From assembly GCA_964496475.1 (NCBI GenBank), contig CAZBZS010000004.1, forward strand, positions 11,775 through 75,774: a DNA stretch of 64,000 nt. The letters are read 5' to 3'. A program made the position numbers and the translations under genes. This DNA comes from an uncultured Chloroflexota bacterium. GTDB lineage: Bacteria; Chloroflexota; UBA11872; VXNJ01. The notes beneath the pieces are model-generated. The model saw nothing but the letters and a program-made list of their open reading frames with translations. It had not been told where the DNA came from and did no database searches. This document shows, piece after piece, positions 46,418 through 56,034 of this stretch (position 1 is its first letter; every line of letters begins with the position of its first letter).

Positions 46418-47071
46418 GTTGGGCCGTCGCCGGATCATCTCCGGGCTGGTGGGGGCGCCGCTCCTGCTGGGCGGCATACTGTCCGCCTGTGAGAATCTGA
46501 GAAGTCAGGCGCTGACACCGACTCCGGCGCCGACTCCCCGACCGACCGCCCCGTCGCTCTCGGCCGCGGAGGTTTAGGACCTGCTGGGTTCAGATTATCT
46601 GGATACGGAACTGGTCTTTTTCGTCAGCTGTCCCTCGGAATGGAAAGTAGACCCGGTTGAGGAGGACGGCCTGGCTATAGCGTTCAAGACGCCTATCGCC
46701 GATACCGATGCCACCGGTACCGCCTACCCGACCATCACGGTGGACACTTTTGTTCCGGACGATTTTCCACGCACGACCACCCGATTCTTTTCAGAATTGA
46801 CGCTGGAGAATGGGATTCCTCGAGCAGAGGAATCCCTGCCCGGGTTCGAATTGCTTACCGGAGAGGTCCAGCAGATCCCTGCTGGCTATGCCGCGTTGTT
46901 TGAATTTCGCCACGACACCGAGAGCGTCCGACTGCACACCATGCAACTCGTTGTCCCGGCAGACAGAGGATGTACTCCGCGACCTATACCGCCCTCGACA
47001 GCGTATTTGAGGATTATCTCAACATCTACTTGGCCGTCGTATCTACCTTCAGCATTCTGGGTGGACGCTGA
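46401..47071 (+). pseudogene. lipoprotein with an in-frame TAG and a late -1 frameshift
   Basis: MPAPVRLGRRRIISGLVGAPLLLGGILSAC (lipobox). TAG at 46575-46577 (…SAAEV*DLLGSDY…). Near 46969 the protein-like reading moves to another frame (MYSATYTALDSVFEDYLNIYLAVVSTFSILGGR, stop at 47069-47071). Confidence 0.55.
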
Positions 47072-47089
47072 GCGCGACGCTCTTGGGCT

Positions 47090-47611
47090 TTACTCGGCGT
47101 CGTAGTGGATCAGCGCCGTTATCGCGCGATCGCCCAGCTTCTTGCGGCCGTTCAAGAAATCCAATTCGATCAGGAACGCCATCCCGCTCACCTCCCCGCC
47201 CAGCCGCTCGACCAGGCTAACCGTCGCCGCCGCCGTGCCTCCAGTTGCCAGTAGATCATCCACTATCAGCACCCGCGTGCCGGCACCGATCGCATCCACA
47301 TGAATCTGCAACTCGTCGCTGCCGTACTCTAATTCGTAGGTTGCCGACGCCGTCTCCGCCGGTAGTTTGCCGGGTTTTCTCACCGGCGCGAATCCGCACC
47401 CCAGCAGGTACGCCATAGCGGTGGCGAATACGAATCCTCGCGCCTCGACCGCCACTATCAGGTCCGGCGGATCGTCCATGTAAGGCGCGGCCAGCTCGTC
47501 GATCGCCGCCCGCAACGCTTCCGGATTTTTCAGCAGGGTCGTGATGTCCTTGAAATTGATGCCCTCGATCGGAAAATCGGGGACGTTGCGGATTTGCTGC
47601 GCCAGGTCCAT
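47090..47611 (-). CDS. apt: adenine phosphoribosyltransferase
   Basis: The ATG at 47611 has GGAGGAGG upstream. PDFPIEGINFKDIT and the PRPP motif VLIVDDLLATGGTA. Confidence 0.92.
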   Translation of the reverse strand: MDLAQQIRNVPDFPIEGINFKDITTLLKNPEALRAAIDELAAPYMDDPPDLIVAVEARGFVFATAMAYLLGCGFAPVRKPGKLPAETASATYELEYGSDELQIHVDAIGAGTRVLIVDDLLATGGTAAATVSLVERLGGEVSGMAFLIELDFLNGRKKLGDRAITALIHYDAE

Positions 47612-47755
47612 TTCGGTAATCCTCCTCCAGCTCACGGGGATGTCGGTGCATCTGGTCGGACCGTCTGCCCCATTGTTGCAGTTCGTCCACCACTAGCTGG
47701 CACGCCCCATCCATTATCATCACCGCGGCCCGCCTCAGGACCGAAAGATTGGCAC

Positions 47756-48169
47756 ATGCCCATTACCGAAGATCAGGAACTACGCCGGATTCTGGATGAA
47801 GCACTCAATGTCGCCGTGGTTGGCCTTTCCGACCGGGAGGATCGCTCCAGCCACGGCATTGCCGAATTCCTGCACGATCGCGGCTATCTCATAACTCCGG
47901 TCAATCCCAACATTACCGAATTTCGGGGAACCTCCGCAGTAGCTTCCCTGTCGGAGATAGAGGGGCCGATCGACATTGTAAATGTGTTTCGACGGTCGGA
48001 GTTCGCTCCCGAAATCGCCCGCGCCGCCGTCGCCGCGGGAGCCGGAACCCTCTGGTTGCAGCAGGGAATCGTCAGTGACGAAGCCATGGAGATTGCGGAG
48101 GCCGGCGGTGTTAATGCGGTCCAGGACAGATGTCTCGCCGTCACGTACCGGATGCTCGGCCTGACCTGA
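47756..48169 (+). CDS. CoA-binding domain protein (YccU/YneT-like)
   Basis: The ATG at 47756 gives MPITEDQELRRILDEALNVAVVGLSDREDRSSHGIAEFL...ITPVNPN. Confidence 0.8.
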   Translation: MPITEDQELRRILDEALNVAVVGLSDREDRSSHGIAEFLHDRGYLITPVNPNITEFRGTSAVASLSEIEGPIDIVNVFRRSEFAPEIARAAVAAGAGTLWLQQGIVSDEAMEIAEAGGVNAVQDRCLAVTYRMLGLT

Positions 48170-48770
48170 CGGTCGATCCCCGTTCCCATCCCGCCAGTAC
48201 CCGTTGCCAGTCTTCGATCTGCGTCACCAGCGGTCGTCGCGCCAACGTCCGTCCTCCGGGATGAAACAGAACGCCGAGTTTCCGTCCGTTCCAGGACAAG
48301 ACCCGCCCGGCATCGCGGCTGACCCGCAAATCATGCCCCTCAACTCGTCCCAGCGCGCGTAGCGCCACGGCTCCCAGAGCTACGACAAGTTGGGGGGCCA
48401 CCAAGTCCAGCGTCGCCCGGAGCCAGGTTCCGCAATTCGCCAGCTCCGCCGCCACTGGTTGGGCATTGTGGCCGTCCGGAGTCTGCGGATTGCACAGCAC
48501 CGCGTTGGTTATGAAAACGTCGTCTCGCTCCAGACCGCAGGATGCCAGCAGGCGCTCGAAGTTCCGACCGGCGGCGTCTCCGTGAAAGGGCACGCCGTGC
48601 CTTTCGGCCCCCCGCCGTCCCGGCGCCTCCCCGACGAAGAGAACGCTCGCGTTCGGGTTGCCGTTTAGCTCGCTCAAGACTCGGCGGCGGCCGGCCATTC
48701 GCGGGCATTGTCGGCAGGCTGTGGCTCGCCGGAACAACGCCGTCGCCGGATCGACGGCTAGGGAAACCAC
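48141..48770 (-). CDS. uracil-DNA glycosylase, family 4/5 type; start uncertain
   Basis: CRQCPRM..., VLFVGEAPGRRGAERHGVPFHG and FITNAVLCNP motifs. A GTG at 48770 avoids the long overlap with the upstream gene. Confidence 0.8.
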   Translation of the reverse strand: MVSLAVDPATALFRRATACRQCPRMAGRRRVLSELNGNPNASVLFVGEAPGRRGAERHGVPFHGDAAGRNFERLLASCGLERDDVFITNAVLCNPQTPDGHNAQPVAAELANCGTWLRATLDLVAPQLVVALGAVALRALGRVEGHDLRVSRDAGRVLSWNGRKLGVLFHPGGRTLARRPLVTQIEDWQRVLAGWERGSTVRSGRASGT

Positions 48771-49456
48771 CGCCTGGCTCCCGTTCTCGGTCCGGTTGCT
48801 AGCGGCCGGAAGCCCTCCGCGAGTTCCACCCCGGCCTGCAGCCCGCGATAGCGAGCGATTGTCTTCATGGTTTCCGTAAGATTGCTGGCGCCCTTTAATC
48901 GGGCGGCCGGCAGCGACTTGTAGCACTCCAACGCTCGGTTTTTGATATCGATCTGCTCGGTGATGTCCACAAATTCGATGGGCTCCGGCGACTGACCGGG
49001 CGGGCCGTCCATCGCGTACACCACCGGCGGTGTCGCCAGCGCCGGCAGCGATCGCTCGACCCCGGCCACCGCGGCGTCGTGCGCCGCCCGGATGGCCACC
49101 TGCGCCACCGCATCATGATCTGATGTCAGCGAACCCGGCGGATGGGTTACCACCAGCTCCGGCTGAAACTCCCGGAATATCGCGACCAATTGCATGACCG
49201 TCACCGCGTCCGGCGTAACGAAATGATCGGACTGTCCCAGCCAGTGCAAACGGGCGCTCAGCAACGCCGCGGCCTTTTCCGCTTCCGTTCGACGAATATT
49301 CCCGAGTTCCCCGGGATTGATGTCTGGATCACTCAGGTTGCCGTTGGCGACGTAGGCAATGGATATTGTGTCCCCGTTTGTGAGGTAGCGGGCCAGCGTA
49401 CCCCCGCAGTAATACTCCGCCTCGTGAGGGTGAGCCGCCACGACGATTACTCGCAA
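48758..49456 (-). CDS. PIG-L/LmbE family N-acetylglucosaminyl deacetylase
   Basis: 232 aa. VIVVAAHPHEAEYYCGGT (AHPDD-type motif) and HPPGSLTSDHD. Confidence 0.85.
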   Translation of the reverse strand: MRVIVVAAHPHEAEYYCGGTLARYLTNGDTISIAYVANGNLSDPDINPGELGNIRRTEAEKAAALLSARLHWLGQSDHFVTPDAVTVMQLVAIFREFQPELVVTHPPGSLTSDHDAVAQVAIRAAHDAAVAGVERSLPALATPPVVYAMDGPPGQSPEPIEFVDITEQIDIKNRALECYKSLPAARLKGASNLTETMKTIARYRGLQAGVELAEGFRPLATGPRTGARRWFP

Positions 49457-49563
49457 CTTGCCTCTCGATACTCAAGCCGGCAGCCGCCGGTAAACGTCCG
49501 CTGGAACAGTTTGCCTTCGGCTCCCTCACCTAGCCAACCCTTGAACCCATAAAATAGCGTCTC

Positions 49564-50838
49564 ATGCAGCGCTTTTACGATATCGCCCGGGTATTTGTCG
49601 CCGCCGGGCGCGGCGGCGATGGCTCGCGGCATCTGCGTCACGAGGCCCACGTCCCCCAGGGCGGCCCGGACGGCGGCGATGGCGGTCGAGGGGGCCATGT
49701 AATCCTGGAGGCCACCCACAACGACTCTTCCCTGATCCGCTTCCACTTCAACCAGCGTTTTCGGGCCGCCGACGGCTCTGGTGGCGATCGCAACAACCGC
49801 TATGGCCGCAGCGGCGATGATCTCATCGTCGCGGTCCCGGAGGGAACAGTCGTTACCCGTGAGGACACCGGCGATTTTCTCAGCGACCTGGTCGCGCACG
49901 GCGATCGCTTTGTGGTGGCCAGTGGCGGCGAAGGGGGCCTTGGTAATACCCATTTCAAGAGCTCAACCCACCAGACGCCGCTCATTGCGCTAAAGGGCGA
50001 GCCTGGCGAATCCCTCTGGCTGCGACTGGAACTGAAACTTGTCGCCGACGTCGGCTTGGTCGGCGCTCCAAACGCTGGCAAATCATCGCTCCTCTCCCGC
50101 GTATCCGCGGCGCAGCCCAAGATCGCCGACTACCCCTTCACCACCCTCAGCCCGATTCTGGGGGTCGTCGCCCTAGGCGATAGCAGCGTTGTAGTGGCTG
50201 ACCTGCCCGGTCTCATCGAAGGGGCCCATGCCGGGATTGGCCTCGGGGATCAATTCCTGCGACACATTGAGAGGACTCGCTTCCTGGTGCATGTCGTCGA
50301 CCTCTCCGGCGAGTCCGGCGAGCCGCTTGACCTCTACGAGCAGATTTACGGGGAACTTGAGCAGTACGGCCACGGCCTGGAGGACCGGCACATCCTGGTC
50401 GCGGGCAACAAGATCGACGTCACCGAGTCGCGAGCACATTGGCCGGCCTTTCGGGACGAGCTTGACTCCCGCGATATCGATTGCCTGGCGATTTCAGCCG
50501 TAACCGGCGACGGCCTCGACGAGCTGATCCAGAAAATTTTCGCCGGCGTCGCGGCCGCGCCGATTCCCGATACTCAGCCCGCCTCTGACGGTGTGATCCT
50601 GCGGCCTGGACTGACGACCTCGCCCCTGGTCGTGCGAAAACGAGCCGAAGCCGAATTCGGACTCCGGGGCGAGGAGGCCGAGCGGCTGGCCGAGCGGATC
50701 GATTTCGAAGTGCCGGACGCCGTTGATTGGTTCCGAAAACGACTGCACCAAATGGGGGTGGATCGCTTGATGACCGAGGCCGGCGGCGCCGCCGGTGATC
50801 TGCTGACGATCGGCGAACATGAGATCGAATGGCTCTAG
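49564..50838 (+). CDS. obg: GTPase Obg/CgtA
   Basis: 424 aa. N-terminal Obg fold (GGPDGGDGGRGGHV), G domain GAPNAGKSSL...DLPGLIEGA...NKID, and a C-terminal OCT-like domain. Confidence 0.93.
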   Translation: MQRFYDIARVFVAAGRGGDGSRHLRHEAHVPQGGPDGGDGGRGGHVILEATHNDSSLIRFHFNQRFRAADGSGGDRNNRYGRSGDDLIVAVPEGTVVTREDTGDFLSDLVAHGDRFVVASGGEGGLGNTHFKSSTHQTPLIALKGEPGESLWLRLELKLVADVGLVGAPNAGKSSLLSRVSAAQPKIADYPFTTLSPILGVVALGDSSVVVADLPGLIEGAHAGIGLGDQFLRHIERTRFLVHVVDLSGESGEPLDLYEQIYGELEQYGHGLEDRHILVAGNKIDVTESRAHWPAFRDELDSRDIDCLAISAVTGDGLDELIQKIFAGVAAAPIPDTQPASDGVILRPGLTTSPLVVRKRAEAEFGLRGEEAERLAERIDFEVPDAVDWFRKRLHQMGVDRLMTEAGGAAGDLLTIGEHEIEWL

Positions 50839-50842
50839 GCGA

Positions 50843-52084
50843 CTACCTCTGAAATGGACTTGGCCCGAGCGATGGATCCACTTCGCCGACGTTACGCAGG
50901 CCGTGCCGCCCGGCCCATTCAAGGCTCTCCGCTGTGAGCAGGTATTCGATCTCAACGTCCTCTAATAGCTGTGTCCGAAAATCGGTCTCGGCGTTCGTTT
51001 CCAACCGATCGCGTTGCTCGGAAGTCAGCGCCCGATCTGCGTCCCATTCGACCAAAAGGATGACGTAGAACTCGGCGCCCACCGCCTGGATCTCGCTCAC
51101 CTGACCGGCCTCCAGATCGCCGGCCGCCTTGGCATAGAGGGGGTCGAACAGATCGATGGGCGCGAAGCCCAAATCGCCGCCGTCCACCAGATCGCGCTCG
51201 GGCGTTGACAGCTCCCGCGCCAGATCCTCCCAGCTCTCCCCCGCGCGGTACCGCGCTACAACCGCGTGGCCAGCCTCCTGACTCGGCGCGATGATGTATC
51301 GCAGATGTGCCTGCGGTAACCGGTCAGGAACGCCTTCTTTCGCCAGCGCGACATAGTGGCGATTCAATATCGCGTCGGTCACGATGTCCCCGAACGTGTC
51401 TCGATCCAGCCCCAAGTTGGCCAGCATCTCGTCAAGCCGGACGGGGAGCAGGCGATCGTCCGCGACATCTGGCGGAGTTACGCTTCCGGCTGGGAACGCC
51501 TCCGATGGACTCAAGATGGACTCGAGCTCGGCGTCCAGAGCCTCGGCCGGAATCTCGTAGCCGTCGGCCAGTGCCCTCTCCCGCAGCAGGCGTCCGGTTA
51601 TCAGATCGTCTACGGTCTGATAATCAACCGTCAACAGATCGATCCGTCGCGCCTCGATCGCCTGTTGAACCGCAAGCCGGGTCACCTCATCATCCGTGGC
51701 CCGCGCGTCGTGATACTTCGCTAGGGCGTTGAGATCGCGTGTCGCTCGATAACGGGCGAAGTCGCTCGCTCGCGCGAATTCGTTGAAGGAAATTTCCTCC
51801 CCATTTACCCGGGCCGCCGCCGATCGACCGGTAAGTATAAATTCGACTATCAGGGGCGCCAGCAGGAGACCGATCACGAACGCCCCGATCGCGAATCCGG
51901 CGCTGACCGTGATTTTTCTGACCAGCGCCGACCGGTGCGCGCTAATCAACTCTCCCCACCGCAGCAGATCGCCCGGAACCTGGCGCCAAGCGATGTCGAT
52001 CTTTGGTTCTTGCAGGCGTCTGGCGGCCTTGATCTCGGCCTTGCGCTCGCGCCGCCGCTTTCCCTTGCTGTGGAACCTGCTCAT
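50843..52084 (-). CDS. membrane-anchored parvulin-type peptidyl-prolyl isomerase (PrsA/SurA-like)
   Basis: 413 aa. Basic N-terminus plus a TM segment. The C-terminal PpiC-like region is GGDLGFAPIDLFDPLYAKAAGDLEAGQVSEIQAVGAEFYVILL. Confidence 0.72.
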   Translation of the reverse strand: MSRFHSKGKRRRERKAEIKAARRLQEPKIDIAWRQVPGDLLRWGELISAHRSALVRKITVSAGFAIGAFVIGLLLAPLIVEFILTGRSAAARVNGEEISFNEFARASDFARYRATRDLNALAKYHDARATDDEVTRLAVQQAIEARRIDLLTVDYQTVDDLITGRLLRERALADGYEIPAEALDAELESILSPSEAFPAGSVTPPDVADDRLLPVRLDEMLANLGLDRDTFGDIVTDAILNRHYVALAKEGVPDRLPQAHLRYIIAPSQEAGHAVVARYRAGESWEDLARELSTPERDLVDGGDLGFAPIDLFDPLYAKAAGDLEAGQVSEIQAVGAEFYVILLVEWDADRALTSEQRDRLETNAETDFRTQLLEDVEIEYLLTAESLEWAGRHGLRNVGEVDPSLGPSPFQR

Positions 52085-52121
52085 GGGCCGGTCGCCACTG
52101 TTTACCGTGGCCGCCCGGAGG

Positions 52122-52478
52122 CTAGCGGTTGCCCTTGTTCACATAGGGAATCAGCGCCAGAAAGCGGGCTCGCTTCAGTTCCTTGGCCAGCCGCCGCTGC
52201 CGTTTGGCGTTGAGTGTGGTCATTCGCCGGGGCAAAATCTTGGCCGCCTGATTCAAGCACCTTCGCAGCAATTCCACGTTCTTGTAATCGATCGACAAAT
52301 CGATCTCAACTCCGTCTACCCGGTTGTCACGAAATGGGCTAACCGGCATCGGCCGCCGGCGCCGAAAGCCGCCGCGTCGTTGTCCGCGGTCGTCGGGACG
52401 CCTGCCCGAATCCTGTCCTGAATCGCCACTGCCGGAGTCGCCCGGCGGTCCGTCCCGACGTTCTCTATCTTCACTCAT
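52122..52478 (-). CDS. rpsR: 30S ribosomal protein bS18 with an Arg/Gly/Asp-rich N-terminal extension
   Basis: IDYKNVELLRRCLNQAAKILPRRMTTLNAKRQRRLAKELKRARFLALIPY. Confidence 0.9.
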   Translation of the reverse strand: MSEDRERRDGPPGDSGSGDSGQDSGRRPDDRGQRRGGFRRRRPMPVSPFRDNRVDGVEIDLSIDYKNVELLRRCLNQAAKILPRRMTTLNAKRQRRLAKELKRARFLALIPYVNKGNR

Positions 52479-52508
52479 AGCGTTCGTTATCTCCTGAAAT
52501 TCAGCTTT

Positions 52509-52970
52509 CTAGAAAGGCAGGTCGTCGGGATCGACGCTCGCGTCCCCGCCGCCTCCCTGCTCCGGCGGTGGACTACCGCCACCGCCTCCACCGCTCGGGC
52601 CGTCTTCGCGGGATCGCGCCAGGAGTTGCAGGTTGTTGGCGTCGACTTCCAGGCTCGTCCGAGTCTGCCCGTCCTTACCGGTCCATTCGGCGGTCCGAAA
52701 GCGTCCCTCCACAAACACCTGGCTACCTCGCTGTAGATAGTTGTTAGCGATCTCCGCTAGTCCCCGCCAGCAGGTCACCCGGAACCAATCAGTGTTCTCC
52801 TCTTCCTGGCCGTCTTTTCCCCGGCGGAAGTCATTTACCGCGACATTAAATGAGGTGAACGCCACTCCGCTCTGGGTGTAGCGCATTTCCGGGTCAGCTC
52901 CAAGGTTGCCGATGATAGTTATAAGCTTCGTGCCCCGACTGCGACCTCTTTGCTGGCTGCTCTCAGTCAT
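52509..52970 (-). CDS. ssb: single-stranded DNA-binding protein
   Basis: OB-fold N-terminus (IIGNLGADPEMRYTQSGVAFTSFNVAV), a Gly-rich linker and an acidic tip DDLPF. Confidence 0.93.
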   Translation of the reverse strand: MTESSQQRGRSRGTKLITIIGNLGADPEMRYTQSGVAFTSFNVAVNDFRRGKDGQEEENTDWFRVTCWRGLAEIANNYLQRGSQVFVEGRFRTAEWTGKDGQTRTSLEVDANNLQLLARSREDGPSGGGGGGSPPPEQGGGGDASVDPDDLPF

Positions 52971-53313
52971 CTTCGCTCTGCTCCTCGGAATTATCTTCGG
53001 TCGCCGGTTTTACCACCGGGCCCAGTCCGCCGTTGTCCTTGACTAGAAGGTGCCGAATCAGATTTTGCTCGATGTTGAGCGAATCATCCAGCGGCCGGAC
53101 CTGGTCCGGCTTCAGGCTGAGCTTGAACAGGACGTAAAAGCCACCGTCCAACTTGTTAATCGGGTACGCGAATTTTCGCCGGCCCCAGTGATATACCCCG
53201 CGAACTTCGCCCTCGTGATTGCCAACCAGCGTGGAGATTCGCTCCACCACCTCGGCGGCCAATTCGGTCTCTTCCCCTGCCGGGAAGATGGTCACCAACT
53301 CGTATTCCCGCAA
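52963..53313 (-). CDS. rpsF: 30S ribosomal protein bS6
   Basis: MREYELVTIF...WGRRKFAYPI. TTG start with GGAAGGA upstream. Conserved rpsF-ssb-rpsR order. Confidence 0.9.
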   Translation of the reverse strand: MREYELVTIFPAGEETELAAEVVERISTLVGNHEGEVRGVYHWGRRKFAYPINKLDGGFYVLFKLSLKPDQVRPLDDSLNIEQNLIRHLLVKDNGGLGPVVKPATEDNSEEQSEDD

Positions 53314-53454
53314 TTCAGCCGTTCCTTCCTATGGGCTTGCCGTCGAATACGTCGCCTTTGCGGAAGGCGATCGTCTCAAGGGCAGAAAGGCAGATAATTC
53401 AAGTGCCAGAAGCGACTGGGATACTATCACAGAACTTGACCCGGTCCCACCGTT

Positions 53455-54438
53455 TTGGCGGGGACCGAAAGAGATAGCAAATCTGTGCCCGATGACTCCC
53501 TGGCCGCTCTCCGCGCCCGCCAGACGAATCCAATCTACCGCTGGGGAATTCGCCCCTTGCCGATAGATCCCGAGGCTCACCTCGGCAGCGGTCGCCTGGT
53601 CGAGATCGATGCCGGCCGGGTGCATATCGACACCATTGGCGAGGGTCCGGATATTGTCGCCCTGCCTGGCTTTGGGGGCACCTCGCGCACCTGCCGGGCG
53701 CTCGCCGAGCGGTTGCGGGGAAGTTATCGCTTGCACCTGCTTGATTTCCTCGGTTACGGCCTCTCGGACAAGCCGACGGGCATCGACCACTCTCGTATCG
53801 GGCAGGCGCACCAAATCCAGCAGGCCATGGACGCCCTCGGACTGAAACAATGCATTCTGCTCTCCAATTCCGCCAGCGCCGCCCCCTCCCTATACGCGCA
53901 GTTCCGCACCCCGCGGCGAATAACGGCCAACATCATGGTGGCTCCGTTCGTCGCCCCGACCCGGTCGGCCCGAATTAGCGTCCGTTTTTTGCGCCTGCCT
54001 TTCGCCAGGCCTGCACTGCGCCTCCTACTTGGATTCCGCCCCATGGTGGGGCTGGCCAATTACATGGGTCGGAGCGACCGTTCTGGAATCACGCCCGAGA
54101 TCGTGGACGAGCAGTACCTTCCTTACGGCACGCCCGGCATCTGGGAGGCCATTGCCAGCGTGGGCAGGCACCTCAACCCCGACGGCCTCAATGGCATCGT
54201 GCAGATGAACACCATTCCCACGCTGGTCGTGTGGGCTTCCGAAGACCGCGTCGGCGATCTGGCCGGCACCCGCCGTCTGCTGGGTCAGATTCCCGGCATG
54301 CGCTTCGAAATCTTCGACCCCTGCGGTCACGTGATCCAGGAAGAACGACCTGACGACCTGGCCCGCGTCATCCGTGATTTTTTGGCCAACTCCGGCATCA
54401 CCTGCATCCCACCCTGCGAAAAGGTCTACCCCCCGTAA
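53455..54438 (+). CDS. alpha/beta-fold hydrolase
   Basis: 327 aa. LPGFGGTS oxyanion region, an atypical nucleophile elbow LLSNSASA, and a C-terminal GHVIQEERPD. Confidence 0.72.
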   Translation: MAGTERDSKSVPDDSLAALRARQTNPIYRWGIRPLPIDPEAHLGSGRLVEIDAGRVHIDTIGEGPDIVALPGFGGTSRTCRALAERLRGSYRLHLLDFLGYGLSDKPTGIDHSRIGQAHQIQQAMDALGLKQCILLSNSASAAPSLYAQFRTPRRITANIMVAPFVAPTRSARISVRFLRLPFARPALRLLLGFRPMVGLANYMGRSDRSGITPEIVDEQYLPYGTPGIWEAIASVGRHLNPDGLNGIVQMNTIPTLVVWASEDRVGDLAGTRRLLGQIPGMRFEIFDPCGHVIQEERPDDLARVIRDFLANSGITCIPPCEKVYPP

Positions 54439-55787
54439 ATCGTAGTCTCCGGGAAATACGCCGACCAGCCGTACCACTCCGACACGAACGAGGTAGCGAA
54501 TGGCAGCTGCGTGCCGGCGTGCGGGCCGGTGAGAGCCCGGCCCTGAAGATCCCACTCGGCTCCGGTCTGGTCGGTGATGATTCCGTCCTCCACTGAGAAA
54601 TTCAGGACCTCGCCCTCTGCCACCGCCACGAACGCCAGCGCGTACAGCTCATCCGGGTCGGAGAAGATCGCGAGCCGATCTCCCCCCAACTCGTCGGTAA
54701 TGACCATCGGCCCCGTTCCCATTTCGCCCAGCACGTAAGCCCGCTGCTCGCCGTAGTGGTTCACCCCGAGGACCAATTCATTCTCCGGCAGGCGATCGTC
54801 CCAATTCAGCAGCGTCTGCTGAAACTTCGGGCCCAACCCCGCCCTACCGACCTCGAACCTCCCTTGTGGGTAGTCAGCCGCGAAATCCGGATACCAGTCC
54901 AGTACCAGCGTGTTGGGGCTGGCGGTACGCCAATCTCCCCAGGTGGTGTGGTACGCCGGCAAGATCTCCAGCTTCACCCCCTGCCCGGCCAGCGGCCCCT
55001 GCAGGATCGAGCCGTCGTAGTGCGTCCACACGGAGCCCGTCTGCCGGTCCCTCATGACAAACAGGCCATTGTAGAGACCGGCCACGTCGAAGGTGTAAAC
55101 GGTCCCTTCCCAGGAGGGGTTGAACTCAACCCCGGACGAACAGACGCCTCAGTAGGTCACCAGGTAGGGCTCGCCGCCTACGGTGAGATTGGCGATGTGG
55201 TGGTACGCCATCTGTCGGACTGGAAAAGCGCGGGTTTCGCCATTCTTCGCCACCAGCCCCATCACAATCTCCTCGTCATCCAGCCAGGTGGCTTCCGCGG
55301 CCGGGATCATCACCGGCTCATCGAGAGGAATGAATCTGCTGCCCGGACCCACCGCCAGGCCAGCCGGATCGAAGCTGTCCGCCGCGGTCGGGCTCCCCGG
55401 TCGAGGGGTCGCGGTTGGGACCGGCGCTACCGTCGCCTCCGGCTTCGGAGCGCGGCTGCTGACTTCCTCAGCCGGCTCCGGCGCGGCCGGCGCCGATTTT
55501 CCGGTGGCGACCGATGCGGCAGCCGCCAGGGGTGTGGCTGACGACGTGGTTTTCACCGCCTCTGGCGGAGTCTGAGCGACGCTACCACGCATCGCCGCGA
55601 TCCGCGACGGTGCTCCCTGAACCTGCGAATCGATAACCCCGACCGTCGGCGTTCCAACGACGCCTCCAGATTCCGTCCCCGGGCCCTCCCCACCCGCGCA
55701 CGCGGAGGTCACACCGATCAGAATTGCCAGGCCCGCCGTTATCGTCCTTCGTGGAATTTGTTGTTGATCTGACATCGCCTTCATCAC
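54426..55787 (-). CDS. DUF3179-family lipoprotein; single ORF interrupted only by TGA at 55149-55151 (candidate Sec codon or nonsense)
   Basis: ORFs 55149-55787 and 54426-55085 are in the same frame. The joined reading is ...LTVGGEPYLVTY-TGA-GVCSSGVEFNPSWEGTVYTFDVAGLYNGLFVMRDRQTGSVW... Lipobox LIGVTSAC. Confidence 0.7.
55116..55133 (-). promoter_or_regulatory. SECIS-like hairpin 15 nt downstream of the in-frame TGA
   Basis: The mRNA reads UGA-GGCGUCUGUUCGUCC-GGGGUUG-AGUU-CAACCCC. That is a 7-bp G/C-rich stem and a 4-nt loop containing GU, about 22 nt after the UGA. Confidence 0.3.
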
Positions 55788-56034
55788 CTTCGCTCGGAGG
55801 CTGCGATAACCCTGTTCTCCCTTACGTTAGTCGAATCCAAAGTGTATGACTATCTCCTGAACGACCCTCGCGACCGCGAGATATCTCCGACGAATTTCCG
55901 ACTCGCGGATGAACCGTGCCCGCCAGCCTCTCTGGCCAATGACGATCTGGGTAGGATGGCTCCATGAACAGCCGCTTCGAATTGACAAGCCCGACCGGCA
56001 CGATCCCACGCTGTGACCCAGCGTACCTGCACCG

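Noticed and set aside
46841-46860. tRNA T-arm-like GGGTTCGAATTGC (and similar TTCGA strings elsewhere)
   Set aside because: It lies inside a coding frame, and the flanking bases cannot form the T stem or a cloverleaf. I saw no tRNA, rRNA, tmRNA or RNase P signatures in any intergenic region, though this was a visual scan only.
53314-53454. rpsF (S6:S18-binding) leader RNA upstream of rpsF
   Set aside because: A small hairpin (TCGCC-N9-GGCGA) exists in the 5' region. I cannot match it to the published motif from memory, so it is too weak to report as a feature.
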